Shown: positions 21,874 to 32,813 of the stretch, in pieces | Layout of the letters: every line of letters begins with the position of its first letter | How positions within the stretch are numbered: position 1 is the stretch's first letter | Assembly: GCA_963745075.1 (NCBI GenBank) | Contig: CAVUWV010000008.1 | Span: 288,001-352,000 of the forward strand | From: Candidatus Hydrogenedentota bacterium | GTDB taxonomy: Bacteria; Hydrogenedentota; Hydrogenedentia; Hydrogenedentales; SLHB01 | Length of the DNA stretch: 64,000 nucleotides | Reading direction: 5' to 3' | Position numbers and translations under genes: made by a program | The notes under the pieces: generated by a model | The model's database searches: none | What the model was told of the DNA's origin: nothing | Seen by the model: the letters and a program-made list of their open reading frames with translations, nothing else

Positions 21874-23613
21874 ATGACTGACACGAAGTTCAAACGCACG
21901 CTGGTCACGAGCGCGCTGCCATACGCAAATGGGCACATTCACCTCGGCCACATCGCCGGGGCCTATCTGCCCGCGGATATCTTTGTGCGTTTCAAGCGGC
22001 TCAAGGGCGAGCCCGTACTCTATATCTGCGGCTCCGACGAGTTTGGCGTACCCATTACGCTGACCGCCCTGAAAGAGGGTATTTCCCCGCAGGAAGTTAT
22101 CGATCGCTACCACGCCGCCAACGCGGAATCCTTCGCCAAGCTCGGCATTGGTTTCGATCTCTACGGACGCACCTCTTGGCCCTTGCACGCGGACACCACG
22201 CAGACCTTTTTCCGCAAGCTCAATGAAGGCGGATTCATCGAAGAGCAGGAGATGGAACTCTGGTACTCCGAGCAGTCGGATAAATTCCTCCCGGATCGGT
22301 ACGTCAAGGGGATCTGCCCCAAGTGCGGGTACGAGGACGCGACGGGCGACGAGTGCGAGAATTGCGGCGCGCAGTATGCCGCCCACGATCTGATCAACCC
22401 GCGCGTCAATATCCCGAACGATACGTCCACGCCGGTGCTGCGAAACTCGACCCACTGGTTTCTCAAACTTCAGGATTTCGCGAAGGATCTGAAGACGTGG
22501 CTCGATTGTCATCCTGAATGGCGCGCCAACGTCAAAGGCATCGCCTACGGTTGGGTGCAGGAACTACGCGCCCGCTGTATTACCCGCGACACGGATTGGG
22601 GCGTGCCGATTCCGCTGGATGACCCGCGCACGGAGGGCAAACGCATTTACGTTTGGTTCGACGCACCCATTGGCTACGTGACCAACACGCGGCAGTGGGG
22701 CATCGACACGAAGAGCGACGAATCCACATGGGAGCTGTGGTGGAAGGATCAAACCACGCGGCTGATCCACTTCATTGGCAAGGACAACGTGCCTTTCCAC
22801 GCGGTCATTTTCCCGGCTATGTTGAAGGGCCAGCAAGATTACGTGTTGCCCGACGACGTGGTCGGCAACGAATACCTCAACGTCTTTAACCGGCAAACCG
22901 GCAAGGCGGAGAAAGGCTCCAAGTCGAAGGGCAACATGATCAGCGTGCGATGGTTCGTCGAACGGTTCAGCCGGGACGCCATCCGTTACTACATCTGCGC
23001 GATCATGCCGGAAACGAAAGACGCCGCCTTCGACTGGGACGAGTTCCAGAATCGGTACAACGGCGAGTTGTGCGACGTGGTCGGCAACTTCGTGCACCGA
23101 TCCCTGACCATGACGGTGAAGAATTTCGAGAGCAAGGTTCCCGAACCGGGCGAACTCGACGACGAGGACCGCGCGTTGCTGGATTCCTTGCCGGGCCTCA
23201 TCGACGGCGTGGCCGAATCGCTGGAAGGCTTCCGATTCCGGCAGGCCTCGGAACGGTTCATCGATGTCGGCCGCCGCGCGAACGTGTATTTCGACACGAA
23301 AGCGCCGTGGACCACGCGCAAGACGGACTCGGTTCGCACCGGCACGACGTTGTACGTGTGTTGCCAAGTCGTGCGCGCGCTGTGCACGGTCATGGCGCCC
23401 TTCGCGCCCGACGGCGCAGCGAAGCTCGCGGAAACTCTGGGTGTCACCTTGCCGAAGGGCGGCCCCGACGGCGGCGAAGACGGCTGGAACGCGGCCAAGG
23501 AAGGCCTCGCCGGCGGCAGCCCCCTGCAGCCGCCGCAGGTCCTGTTCCCGAAGCTCGACCCCGACATGATCGCCCAACTCGCCGAAGAGCACGCCGCCGG
23601 GGAAGCGTTCTGA
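21874..23613 (+). CDS. metG: Methionine--tRNA ligase (no C-terminal tRNA-binding appendix)
   Basis: TSALPYANGHIHLGH, CPKC/CENC knuckle, YVWFDAPIGY, FIGKDNVPFH, KGSKS. Confidence 0.97.
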   Translation: MTDTKFKRTLVTSALPYANGHIHLGHIAGAYLPADIFVRFKRLKGEPVLYICGSDEFGVPITLTALKEGISPQEVIDRYHAANAESFAKLGIGFDLYGRTSWPLHADTTQTFFRKLNEGGFIEEQEMELWYSEQSDKFLPDRYVKGICPKCGYEDATGDECENCGAQYAAHDLINPRVNIPNDTSTPVLRNSTHWFLKLQDFAKDLKTWLDCHPEWRANVKGIAYGWVQELRARCITRDTDWGVPIPLDDPRTEGKRIYVWFDAPIGYVTNTRQWGIDTKSDESTWELWWKDQTTRLIHFIGKDNVPFHAVIFPAMLKGQQDYVLPDDVVGNEYLNVFNRQTGKAEKGSKSKGNMISVRWFVERFSRDAIRYYICAIMPETKDAAFDWDEFQNRYNGELCDVVGNFVHRSLTMTVKNFESKVPEPGELDDEDRALLDSLPGLIDGVAESLEGFRFRQASERFIDVGRRANVYFDTKAPWTTRKTDSVRTGTTLYVCCQVVRALCTVMAPFAPDGAAKLAETLGVTLPKGGPDGGEDGWNAAKEGLAGGSPLQPPQVLFPKLDPDMIAQLAEEHAAGEAF

Positions 23614-23740
23614 AGCGGTCTTCGCGTCAGTTTTGGTGTATAATAGTGTCAGCGTATCATGGGTTCGGCACGTCAAAAAGCGAGATGGTGTTTTCATTGC
23701 CGGATGCGCAACAGCAAAAGACTCTGCATGGAGAATCTGG

Positions 23741-24172
23741 ATGGCTTCGTACGACCCCAATGGTAGGCCGAACGTATCTTCCCCCAACAAGGTCGTGCAC
23801 CCTGCGGATTGGTACGATGCGTCGGTCGCCAAGCTGATCGGTTACCGCAAGTCAAGTTCAATGGAAGATAGCTCCGAATGGCCCGGTCCGTCACCCTCCG
23901 CAATCGCAAACGCCACGGAGTTTCTCGACAAACTACATGACTCCGATATGCCTCCTTCAACCGTTTCTCAATCTGCGATTGGTGGCATTGCATTTACGTT
24001 TCTCTCCGGCGGCATGGAAGTGTTTGTTGAGTTCTTGAACAACGGAAACGTATTTGCCGTCGTCTCCAAGCCGGACGACGTGGAGGCGGACTTTCCCACG
24101 TACCAGGTCGGCAAAGACGGCTTTGGTTACGACGGCTTGATCGAGATTATCGCCAATACCTCCAATGCGTGA
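23741..24172 (+). CDS. Hypothetical acidic protein (possible antitoxin/partner)
   Basis: GGAG RBS; TATAAT at 23639; overlaps the next gene by 8 nt. Confidence 0.65.
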   Translation: MASYDPNGRPNVSSPNKVVHPADWYDASVAKLIGYRKSSSMEDSSEWPGPSPSAIANATEFLDKLHDSDMPPSTVSQSAIGGIAFTFLSGGMEVFVEFLNNGNVFAVVSKPDDVEADFPTYQVGKDGFGYDGLIEIIANTSNA

Positions 24173-24680
24173 AATGCCGCCGGAAATGCTTTGGGATCGC
24201 GTCTCGGTCAACGAAAACTTCCCTGACGATGAGCAGCTCTATTGCCGCATCAAGCCGGAGCATCTTATTCCCGGCACGGGCAAGGGTCTTGTGATTGATG
24301 TGACGGCGTTTGACCTGCCGGACAAGTCAGTAAACCGAAGCGACGATGGCGGCAAGCCCGACATGGCTCGTCACAATGTCTACCCAAACTGCGGCCACAT
24401 GTGCGATGGCAGGCACCATGACTGGGCCGTCGTCAGCATGAGGGTTTGCGACGTTCAGCGACGGGTTATGGACGTTGTCGAAGGGATCGCCTTTGAAACC
24501 CGAGTCCACCACGACCCATTGCCATACAATCGCTTCCACAGCGAGATCCGGGCTTTCGATCGCGATGGACGTCATATCGTGAAAGACCGCATGGCATTGC
24601 TCGGTTGGAAGACGCACTACCGTTGGCGAAAGATCGTCAGGTTCTGTTCCCATGTTGTCGTCCAGCTGGCCGCGGAATGA
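24165..24680 (+). CDS. Hypothetical protein with ADP-ribosyltransferase-like motif layout
   Basis: EQLYCRI ... AF..PDKSVNR ... HHDPLPYNRFHSEI. Confidence 0.6.
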   Translation: MREMPPEMLWDRVSVNENFPDDEQLYCRIKPEHLIPGTGKGLVIDVTAFDLPDKSVNRSDDGGKPDMARHNVYPNCGHMCDGRHHDWAVVSMRVCDVQRRVMDVVEGIAFETRVHHDPLPYNRFHSEIRAFDRDGRHIVKDRMALLGWKTHYRWRKIVRFCSHVVVQLAAE

Positions 24681-24750
24681 AGTGAATTCCCCCTGTCCAC
24701 GGGTGTGCGTAGAGACAGGGGGAGCACACACATGACGCCACCGGAACGAT

Positions 24751-25098
24751 TCACTGCCGCGATGAAGTTGCATCAATAGAAGTACGTGGACCGGCAGCCA
24801 AACCGGCAAGACAGGCTAGTCCAGCCAAACCGGCTGCAGCCGGGTGTGGTCCGCCCAGGGCGCCGAGAAAACCCAAAAAGCCGAGTGCTCCCAGATAGTA
24901 CTTCCGCTCCGGATCGATGGGCACTTTCACTCTCGCCTTGTCGAATGGGACGAAGACGAGCAGCGACGCGAGGGAAAGAAACGAAACCCACGCGACCTGG
25001 GCCAGGTGACTGTAGCTTGTGGGGAGAAACCCCAGGAATCCCAGAAACCCGAGGAACCCCAGCGCGCCGAGAAACCTACTGTTCTGAGCTTTTTCCAT
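24751..25098 (-). CDS. Small membrane protein with GFL repeats (DUF3796-like)
   Basis: FLGALGFLGFLGFLGFL and YLGALGFLGFLGALG internal duplication; directly downstream of the anti-sigma gene. Confidence 0.7.
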   Translation of the reverse strand: MEKAQNSRFLGALGFLGFLGFLGFLPTSYSHLAQVAWVSFLSLASLLVFVPFDKARVKVPIDPERKYYLGALGFLGFLGALGGPHPAAAGLAGLACLAGLAAGPRTSIDATSSRQ

Positions 25099-25126
25099 AG
25101 CGTACTTCCTATACTATCCCGGCCCA

Positions 25127-26764
25127 CTACTCGCCGGTGTATTCCTTCGTCGGAACCAAGCTGTCGATAAGCGCGCGAAGTTCGTCATCGGTCAGTTGGC
25201 CGTTAACGGCGAGTGCGGGGAACGTGCCCGCCGGCGTTTCGAGAAGGTACCCGGTACGGTCTTCTGACGGCGCGTCCTTGATGGAGGCACGGGCGCTGCT
25301 GAGCAGAATCCCGGCCAGCCATTTGCCTCGCGGGCTACCCCAAACCTTAGTGCCGTTCGGTGACGTGTATACGAGCGTTCCTCCAACAGCTTTGGTCTCC
25401 CCCAGCATGTTGTAGGAATGGGATTGGATGAGCACGACGTGCCGGCTGTCATCCGCGCGATACGTGATCGCGAACATGCGATGGGGTGGGCTGGCTACAT
25501 CGAGGATATCCGTGATTTCGCGTTCCGGAGCCCACGACGGAGCGGATTCGAAAACGTAGGTCGCGAAATCGGCCCGTTCCACCATGTGCTTCACGGACAC
25601 GTCGGTTATTACCATGTCCGGAAGAATACCGAAGAGACCACCCTCCTCCGGAGTCGGCGGCTGGACGGAGTCTTCAATGAGACCTTCGATTCCGGTGAGA
25701 TCCCAGTCCACCTGAGCGTCGTCGACCGTTTCGGTCCAATCCCTTCGAACCACCAGGTAGGACTGCCCGTCGACGACCCACTCCATTTCGGCAATGGTGT
25801 TGTCGTCCTCACGGATCTTAAACAGAAACTCCGATTTGCTCGTTGTCGCCGGCGCGCCTTCGCCGGATCCCGTAGTGGATTTGACCACACGCGCTTCCGT
25901 GCCATCGGCGAGTTTCGTATGTCCCATGTCCACAACAAGCGTCTCATCCAATTCATCGAGATGGCTGGGCAGTCCCGCAGCGATACCCAGGAACGCAGCG
26001 GGATCTTCCGGCGGATGAAAACTATCTCCCACAGGAGCGGCTACGACCGTCAAGGGTCCGTCGGGGCTGGGTTCCAGCGAGTACACGGCGGCACCGTCGT
26101 AGGCGTTGGCGAAGAGCGGAGTCTCCCCGGTCGACAACAGGCGCACGAACCGCCCCGTGGCCGGATCGTACCAAGCCTGATCGTCGACGACGTATTCCTC
26201 GCCGGGTTCTGCACCGAGGGCCAACTGGTGAACCCGCGGCGTCCCCGACGCCTCGATGGCCATGATGGGTAACCACCGGGCTTGGGCTAAAACGGGGTCC
26301 GCCACGGGTTTCACCATAATCTCGTTGACGATGTGAACGATTCCGCCCTGGCTGAACAATGTTTCTTCTGCGGCCCACGCCCTGGTGAGCAGCGTGAAGG
26401 CGGAAATGGGCGGCCCGGCATCCTTCGACCAATAGAGCACCGTAGCGGCAATGATCAGCAGCAGCGCGGCCGCCGCTGCCGTGAGCGGTTTCCACCACCA
26501 AACGCTTCGGCGGCGGGCCGGTGCAAGTGTTCGGATTCCGGCATCCATATCGATGATTGCGTTCATGATTCGACCCTCCAGTTGCTTCGATACTTCCACT
26601 CGGTGGGAAGGCTGAATGGAAGCCAGGGTCTGTGTCGCGATTTCATGTTCCCGTTTGCAGCGGGGGCATATCCGAACGTGCTCGGTGAGTTCGATAGGCA
26701 CGGGTTCATCGGGTGGATGGATGAGAAGATCGTCGAGCCAGTTTTGCGTTCGTAGGCAACTCAT
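25127..26764 (-). CDS. Zinc-finger anti-sigma factor with TM helix and large extracytoplasmic domain
   Basis: HVRICPRC (HxxxCxxC ZAS motif), WWWKPLTAAAAALLLII TM; ATGA overlap with the sigma gene. Confidence 0.85.
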   Translation of the reverse strand: MSCLRTQNWLDDLLIHPPDEPVPIELTEHVRICPRCKREHEIATQTLASIQPSHRVEVSKQLEGRIMNAIIDMDAGIRTLAPARRRSVWWWKPLTAAAAALLLIIAATVLYWSKDAGPPISAFTLLTRAWAAEETLFSQGGIVHIVNEIMVKPVADPVLAQARWLPIMAIEASGTPRVHQLALGAEPGEEYVVDDQAWYDPATGRFVRLLSTGETPLFANAYDGAAVYSLEPSPDGPLTVVAAPVGDSFHPPEDPAAFLGIAAGLPSHLDELDETLVVDMGHTKLADGTEARVVKSTTGSGEGAPATTSKSEFLFKIREDDNTIAEMEWVVDGQSYLVVRRDWTETVDDAQVDWDLTGIEGLIEDSVQPPTPEEGGLFGILPDMVITDVSVKHMVERADFATYVFESAPSWAPEREITDILDVASPPHRMFAITYRADDSRHVVLIQSHSYNMLGETKAVGGTLVYTSPNGTKVWGSPRGKWLAGILLSSARASIKDAPSEDRTGYLLETPAGTFPALAVNGQLTDDELRALIDSLVPTKEYTGE

Positions 26765-27327
26765 GATTTCCACTCCCGTGACGCGATTCTTCGTAATCTT
26801 CTAAACCCGTAGCGAAGCCGTGAACTGACGGTGTTCGGTTTGCACCCGACCGTGTCGGCGATTTCGCCAATACTCAATTCGTCGAACACACGCAACCGGA
26901 TGACTTCGGCTTGTCGCTTCGGTATGCGCCGCAAGAGAACTTCAGCCCTGCGCAGTTCGTCTGACACCGCGTAAAGGTTCAGCGCGTCCTCGCGTCCACT
27001 CGGAAGGTTCTCGCTTGCGAACCGGTCCAGGAGTCCCTTCGACCGCTTGCGTTTTCGAAGCGCGTCCGTGCAGGCGTTGGCCGTCATCCGGTAGACGTAC
27101 GGAACAACCGCCGAAATTCTTGCATGTTTGTGGCGCTCCGCGTAGGCCCGAATCAGCACATCCTGGACCACGTCTTCCGCATCGGACATGCTTCCAAGGC
27201 GACGGAATGCATACGAGACCAATCGCTGCACGTATGCTTCCACAAACCGCTTGAAATCCTCTTGCGATTGCGGCCAACCGTCTTTCCACGCGTCTTTTGG
27301 CTGCGCTGACCCTGGCTCCGGAGCCAT
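26761..27327 (-). CDS. ECF RNA polymerase sigma factor
   Basis: DAEDVVQDVLIRAY (region 2), EIADTVGCKPNTVSSRLRYG (region 4). Confidence 0.93.
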   Translation of the reverse strand: MAPEPGSAQPKDAWKDGWPQSQEDFKRFVEAYVQRLVSYAFRRLGSMSDAEDVVQDVLIRAYAERHKHARISAVVPYVYRMTANACTDALRKRKRSKGLLDRFASENLPSGREDALNLYAVSDELRRAEVLLRRIPKRQAEVIRLRVFDELSIGEIADTVGCKPNTVSSRLRYGFRRLRRIASREWKS

Positions 27328-27566
27328 TCGATTCCCCTCTCGGTCTGCACGATACCTGCACATTCAGGCTTCTCTCAGCCTTCCCATATCCTATAACGAA
27401 TCCTGGTGCCGGTCTTCGTCTAATTCTTTTCTCCGGCCGTTGTCCGGGAACCCGGTAGCGAAAGCAAGTGATCGCCAGGATCCGGCGGGATCGCTCGCCT
27501 GAATCAGGCCATTGCATTGGTGTATGATTCGTCCGCTTTTCGGGAAATGTCGCAGGGGGAACGATA

Positions 27567-28523
27567 ATGACACCACGGGAACGATTCATCGCCGCGCTGG
27601 AGCGGCGGCCATTGACGGGGCGGGTGCCACACTTCGAGCTGGTCTTCTTTCTCACGATGGAAGCCTTCGGCAAAGTCCATCCGAGTCACCGGAACTACGC
27701 CCAGTGGGACCAGATGACAGAGACCGAGCGCAACCTCCATCGTCACGATCAGGCGGAGATCTTCATCGAGACGGCCCGGCGCTACGAACACAGCGCGATC
27801 TTCCTGCATCCCAATCCCTGGCGGGAAGAGGAAGCCCTGCGCTGCGTCGACCTGGTGCGCGAAAAGTCGGGCGACGAGTTCTTTCTCATGTACCACGGCG
27901 ACGCCACCTACGCGATTCCCCACGGCGAAGATATGGTGGAGCATGCGTCGTGGCTGTACGAACATTTCGATGAGGCCAAGGACGAGGCGCAACGAAAAGT
28001 TGACAAGCAACTCGCGTGGGCGGAGAAACTCGCGAAGCACGGCGGCCTCGACGGCTTCGCCCTGTGCGATGACTACTGCTTTAACGACAACCCGTTTTTA
28101 AGCCCCGACATGTTTGCGGAAATCATCACGCCGTACCTGACGCAGGTCATCGCGGGCGAGCGTGAACTCGGCTTCTACTGCATCAAACACACCGACGGCA
28201 ACGTCATGCCGATCCTCGATCAACTCGTGAGCGCGAATCCCCACGCCATCCATTCCCTCGACCCGCAGGGCGGCGTCGACATCGCCGAAGTCAAACGCTT
28301 GTACGGCGACAAGGTCTGCCTCATCGGTAACGTGAATTGCGGGCTCCTTACCTCCGGCACCGAAGAGGAAGTCGTGGAATCCGCACGGTACTGTATCAAG
28401 CACGGCATGCCCGGCGGCGGCTACATCTTCTCTACGAGCAACTGCGCTTTCACCGGCTTACCTCTCGAACGGTACGAACTCATGTGGCGCGTCTGGCACA
28501 AAGAAGCGATTTACCCGGAGTAG
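27567..28523 (+). CDS. Uroporphyrinogen decarboxylase/cobamide methyltransferase (URO-D/CIMS) family protein
   Basis: MTPRERFIAAL, LSPDMF, KHTDGN, LIGNVN, GGGYIFSTSN. Confidence 0.85.
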   Translation: MTPRERFIAALERRPLTGRVPHFELVFFLTMEAFGKVHPSHRNYAQWDQMTETERNLHRHDQAEIFIETARRYEHSAIFLHPNPWREEEALRCVDLVREKSGDEFFLMYHGDATYAIPHGEDMVEHASWLYEHFDEAKDEAQRKVDKQLAWAEKLAKHGGLDGFALCDDYCFNDNPFLSPDMFAEIITPYLTQVIAGERELGFYCIKHTDGNVMPILDQLVSANPHAIHSLDPQGGVDIAEVKRLYGDKVCLIGNVNCGLLTSGTEEEVVESARYCIKHGMPGGGYIFSTSNCAFTGLPLERYELMWRVWHKEAIYPE

Positions 28524-28710
28524 CGCCATTATCTCCCAATCGTAATCGTGCTGGTCATCGTCATCGTAATCGATCTGCAAAGGACACAAGTTGACGGTGC
28601 ACGAAATGACCGGGCCGCGTTCGCCTGTTATCCTGTAGAGAACACTTGCATCCTCGCGCGGTGTTGCAGCTTTTCGTCGGCAACCGCGAATTAACAGAAA
28701 GGAGTTCCTC

Positions 28711-29292
28711 ATGAGTGCCAAGAAGATTCTCATGCTGGTGGGCGACTACGTCGAAGATTACGAAGCGATGTGTCCGTTTCAGATTCTGCAAACCGTCGGG
28801 CATACCGTCCACGCGGTGTGTCCGGACAAGGCCGCCGGCGATTCCGTGCGGACGGCCATCCACGATTTCGAGGGCGACCAGACCTACAGCGAAAAGCGCG
28901 GCCACAACTTCGCGTTGAACGCCACGTTCGCGGACGTGAACGAAGCGGAGTACGACGCGCTGGTCATTCCCGGAGGCCGCGCGCCCGAATACATCCGCCT
29001 CAACGAACGCGTCATCGCCATCGTCCGCCACTTCGCCGAGACCGGAAAACCCATCGCCGCGGTGTGCCACGGGCTCCAGGTCCTCGCCGCCGCCGGGGTG
29101 CTCGAAGGCCGGAGCTGTTCCGCCTATCCCGCCTGCGGACCCGACATCACCCGCGCGGGCGGCACGTTTAAGGACATCGCCATGGACGCTGCGCACGTGG
29201 ACGGCAACCTCGTTTCCGCTCCGGCCTGGCCTGCCCATCCTGCGTGGATGGCGGCGTTCTTGAAAGTGCTGGGCACGAAAATCGAACCGTAG
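28711..29292 (+). CDS. DJ-1/PfpI family protein
   Basis: [31 protein letters not shown]. Confidence 0.95.
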   Translation: MSAKKILMLVGDYVEDYEAMCPFQILQTVGHTVHAVCPDKAAGDSVRTAIHDFEGDQTYSEKRGHNFALNATFADVNEAEYDALVIPGGRAPEYIRLNERVIAIVRHFAETGKPIAAVCHGLQVLAAAGVLEGRSCSAYPACGPDITRAGGTFKDIAMDAAHVDGNLVSAPAWPAHPAWMAAFLKVLGTKIEP

Positions 29293-29319
29293 GCACCAGC
29301 AGCTCGCCCGTCAGCGCGT

Positions 29320-31041
29320 CTAATGCATCGCATACCCGATGGGATACGTCGTCCCGATGGGCATGGGCAACGTGCCGCCGGCCTTGGCATCGCCGAAGAT
29401 AACCTTGACCGCCGCTTCCATCGAAATGGGCGCCGGACTGTTCGCGGAGACGAACGTCGGGACATCCGGGAACGTAGTCATGTCCGAGGGGTCGCCCAAC
29501 CCGACGATCACGATCGGTTTATCCAATTTGATTAGCCGATTGATAAGGTCGGCCTGCGGCGGAGAGAACAAGGTCAGTAGACTATAGCCTATGATGAGAT
29601 TCGCCGATGCCGCAGCCTCGACGGCCGCGGTGATTTCCGCCTCGGTCGGGACCGTGTTGATCTGAATCTCCGTCGCGTCCGGAACGTACTGCCGTAAGAA
29701 GGGTCCCAGCGTCCCGCCGATGGGCACGTCCCACCCCTCGGGTTTCCCCGCGCGGACGATCGTATCGGGCGGGCTGATCACCACGACCTTTTTGACGGAC
29801 TTCTTCAAGGGCAGCAACCCCGCGTCGTCGCGCACGACAACGATCCCGTTCAACGCCACCTTTTTGTTGGCCTCGACGAGATCCGCGCGCCCGAAATTCT
29901 CGTCGAAGTGTTCGATGTCCGCATAGGGACTGCTGAACAGGTTGTATTTCGCTTTCGCGCGGAGGATGCGCCGCACCGATTCGTCCAAACGCGCCTCGGT
30001 GATCCGCCCCGATTCGACGGCGGTGAGCACGGCGTTCATTCGGGTGTACAAGTCGTCGAGACTTCGGGATACCTGCAAGATGATGTCGCAGCCGGCGAGA
30101 ATTGCTCTTACCGTCGCTTCGTCGACGGGGTACTGCTTCGTCACGGCGCCCATGCTCATAGAGTCTGTCACGACCATGCCGTCGTAACCCAGATCCGTGC
30201 GCAGCATCTTGTCGATCACAATCGGCGAAAAGGTGCCGATTTCATCCGGATCCCACGCATCGTAGAAGAGGTGGTGCGTCATGATCATATCCGTGCCCGC
30301 ATCGATGGCGGCGCGAAAGTGGGCCAGGTCGCCTTCTTCGAGAACGGGCAGCGGCTCCGTGACGTGCGGCGCCGTGAAGTGCGTGTCCCCGGTGTAATAA
30401 ACAAGTCCGGGCCAGTGTTTCGCACAGGCGATGGCTCCCGCGTCCTGCATGCCGCGCACGGCGCCTCGCGCCAGGATCGCGTTGCGATGAATGTCGCCGC
30501 CGAAGGAGCGCACCGTATAGTCCGGATTCATCGGCTGTTTCAACACGTCGATGGCGGGAGCAAACGTTACGTTCACGCCGCAGGCCCGCATATCCGTGCC
30601 CAACGCGTGGTACGCCGTGTAGGCATCCTCTTCCCGGCCCGACGCCCCGAGCGCCATATTACCGACGGTTGGCACCGCGCCTTGTTCGTACCGGATAACG
30701 ACACCCACGCCGCCCTCTTCGTCCATCGCAATCAGCAGCGGAACCCCGATGGGACTTTCGAGCGCCGCCTTCTGCAATACGTTGCAGAGTTCTGCGCATT
30801 CAAGGGGTGTACTGTAGTTGTCCGGTATTTGGAAGAAGAATCCGCCCGAACCCCAGTCGTCGATGAGTGCCTGCATCTCCGGCGTCAATTCGGTGCCGAT
30901 GTACCCAATCATGTGCATCTGGCCGATCTTCTGTTTCAACGTAAACTTTGCGAGCGTTTCGTCGATATTCACGGTATCCGCGTGCACGAATGCCGGTGCG
31001 ACTAAGGCGGCAAGGATTCCGATTGCGATGTGTCGTCTCAT
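29320..31041 (-). CDS. Glycoside hydrolase family 3 (beta-N-acetylhexosaminidase-like), secreted
   Basis: KIGQM, IAMDEEGG, RSFG, KHWPG...DTH, VVTDSMSM; signal peptide. Confidence 0.92.
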   Translation of the reverse strand: MRRHIAIGILAALVAPAFVHADTVNIDETLAKFTLKQKIGQMHMIGYIGTELTPEMQALIDDWGSGGFFFQIPDNYSTPLECAELCNVLQKAALESPIGVPLLIAMDEEGGVGVVIRYEQGAVPTVGNMALGASGREEDAYTAYHALGTDMRACGVNVTFAPAIDVLKQPMNPDYTVRSFGGDIHRNAILARGAVRGMQDAGAIACAKHWPGLVYYTGDTHFTAPHVTEPLPVLEEGDLAHFRAAIDAGTDMIMTHHLFYDAWDPDEIGTFSPIVIDKMLRTDLGYDGMVVTDSMSMGAVTKQYPVDEATVRAILAGCDIILQVSRSLDDLYTRMNAVLTAVESGRITEARLDESVRRILRAKAKYNLFSSPYADIEHFDENFGRADLVEANKKVALNGIVVVRDDAGLLPLKKSVKKVVVISPPDTIVRAGKPEGWDVPIGGTLGPFLRQYVPDATEIQINTVPTEAEITAAVEAAASANLIIGYSLLTLFSPPQADLINRLIKLDKPIVIVGLGDPSDMTTFPDVPTFVSANSPAPISMEAAVKVIFGDAKAGGTLPMPIGTTYPIGYAMH

Positions 31042-31210
31042 TTCCCCCAACTCCCCGTCGGATGCCCGACATTCTGGTACTTCAAAATCATGTTCGTGAT
31101 CGAAATAGACCAAGCCGGGGTCATCATAGACCCGGCTGAAGCGGTCGTCAACGTGCTATGCTAACCGCAAAGCCACGGGCGCCATTCCGCCCCCACATGG
31201 GAGGACCAAT

Positions 31211-32732
31211 GTGAACGCGATTGTTGTTGCCGCAATTCTTTCTCACAGTCTCGCTGCCACGCCAATGCTGATCCTCAACGAGGACAACAGCCACTTCTAT
31301 ATGTCGCGCACGGCCGACGACATGACGATGGACGGACTGAACGCCTTCGTCGATCAATACGCGGACACCAAGGTCACGCAGTTATTTCTGAACCCGAGCG
31401 CCATGCGCGCGAGTTACGGAAGCGACGTGTGGGATCGCATCTGGGACGTGGGCGATCAAGAGGTGCCGCAAGAACCTCCCGTTTTGCAGCGGTGGGTGGA
31501 TAATTCGCGTCTGCTCTACGAGCGCGGGCTCGATCCCTATGCCGTGTGGATTGCCCGTTGCCGGGAGAAAGGCATATCGCCCTGGCTCACCATGCGCATG
31601 AACGACGTCCACGACGTTAACAACCTGAAAAACTTCATGCACAATACGTTTTGGGTGAATCATCCCGAGTATTGGCGCGTGCCGGGCAGCACGGGGGCTT
31701 GGGTGGACCGTGCGTTCAACTACGCCATTCCCGAAGTGCGCGAACATCACATGACCCTCGTTCGCGAGTTGCTGGAGCGCTACGACCCCGACGGGCTCGA
31801 ATTGGATTGGATGCGATTCGGGTACCACTTCGCGCCGGGCGAAGAAGCGGAGGGTTGCGTCATCCTCACCGACTTCATGCGCGAGGTGCGTACGCTCACC
31901 CGCGAGTGGTCCACGAAACGCGGTCACCCGATCCAGGTCAGCGCCCGCGTGCCCACGCATCCTGACGCGGCCGTCGGTTTGGGCATGGACGGCATCACGT
32001 GGGCGAAGGAGGGCCTCATCGACATTCTGGTGCCGACGCCGTTCTGGGCTACGGCCGACTTCGACATCCCCGTCGAGCTCTGGAGAGAACGTCTCGGAGA
32101 TGCCGACGCCAACGTGATCGTCGCGCCGGGGCAAGAAATCCTGTTACGCGCGTATCCCGGCGGCCCTGCCATTGAAAACGATCTCGCGTCTACTCGCGGC
32201 TTCGCGGCCGCGGCCTGGCAACGCGGTGCGGAAGCCATTTACTTGTTCAATTACATGGACCCCGCGCCCATGACGGGAGAACCCGAAGACTACCGGACCT
32301 TGCTTGAAGACGGACTCGCGCGCGATGCCGTCGACCACCAACCGCGCCGGCACGTGGTCACCTATCGCGACACGGTTCCCGCAAGCGTTTCCAATAATGC
32401 CCAATTGCCGAAACCCGCCAGGGAAGTCAACGAGTTCCGTATTTACTCCGGGCCAGTTCCGGAGCTCCGGTACCGCGACGCTGGTCGTCGGACTCGCAGC
32501 AGCCGACGGCGTCGCGGATACGACGTTGAAGGTTTCGGCGAATGAAACACCGTGCGCGCCCGCCGCGGATCTCACGGACATGGCGTGTATGGCCGGTGTT
32601 GCGCGGGCCTTGTGCTTCGCCTGTCCGATGAATGCATTGAAGGACGGTTACAACAGCTTCTCAGTGGCGCCCGAGTCGGGTGCCGACAACCAACAGATCG
32701 TCTGGGTGGAACTCCAGTTCGATCCGGAATGA
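31211..32732 (+). CDS. GHL10-like putative glycoside hydrolase; +1 frameshift ~32461
   Basis: PWLTMRMNDVH, FNYAIPEVR, YDPDGLELDWMR, IYLFNY; C-terminus continues in ORF 32304-32732. Confidence 0.78.
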
Positions 32733-32813
32733 TCGCTTTGGTCCTTGAAAGGACGACCCGAGCCGCTACATCCTTGAGTGAGCAGTGGTCTAAGAACAAT
32801 GTCGGGGGTCACC

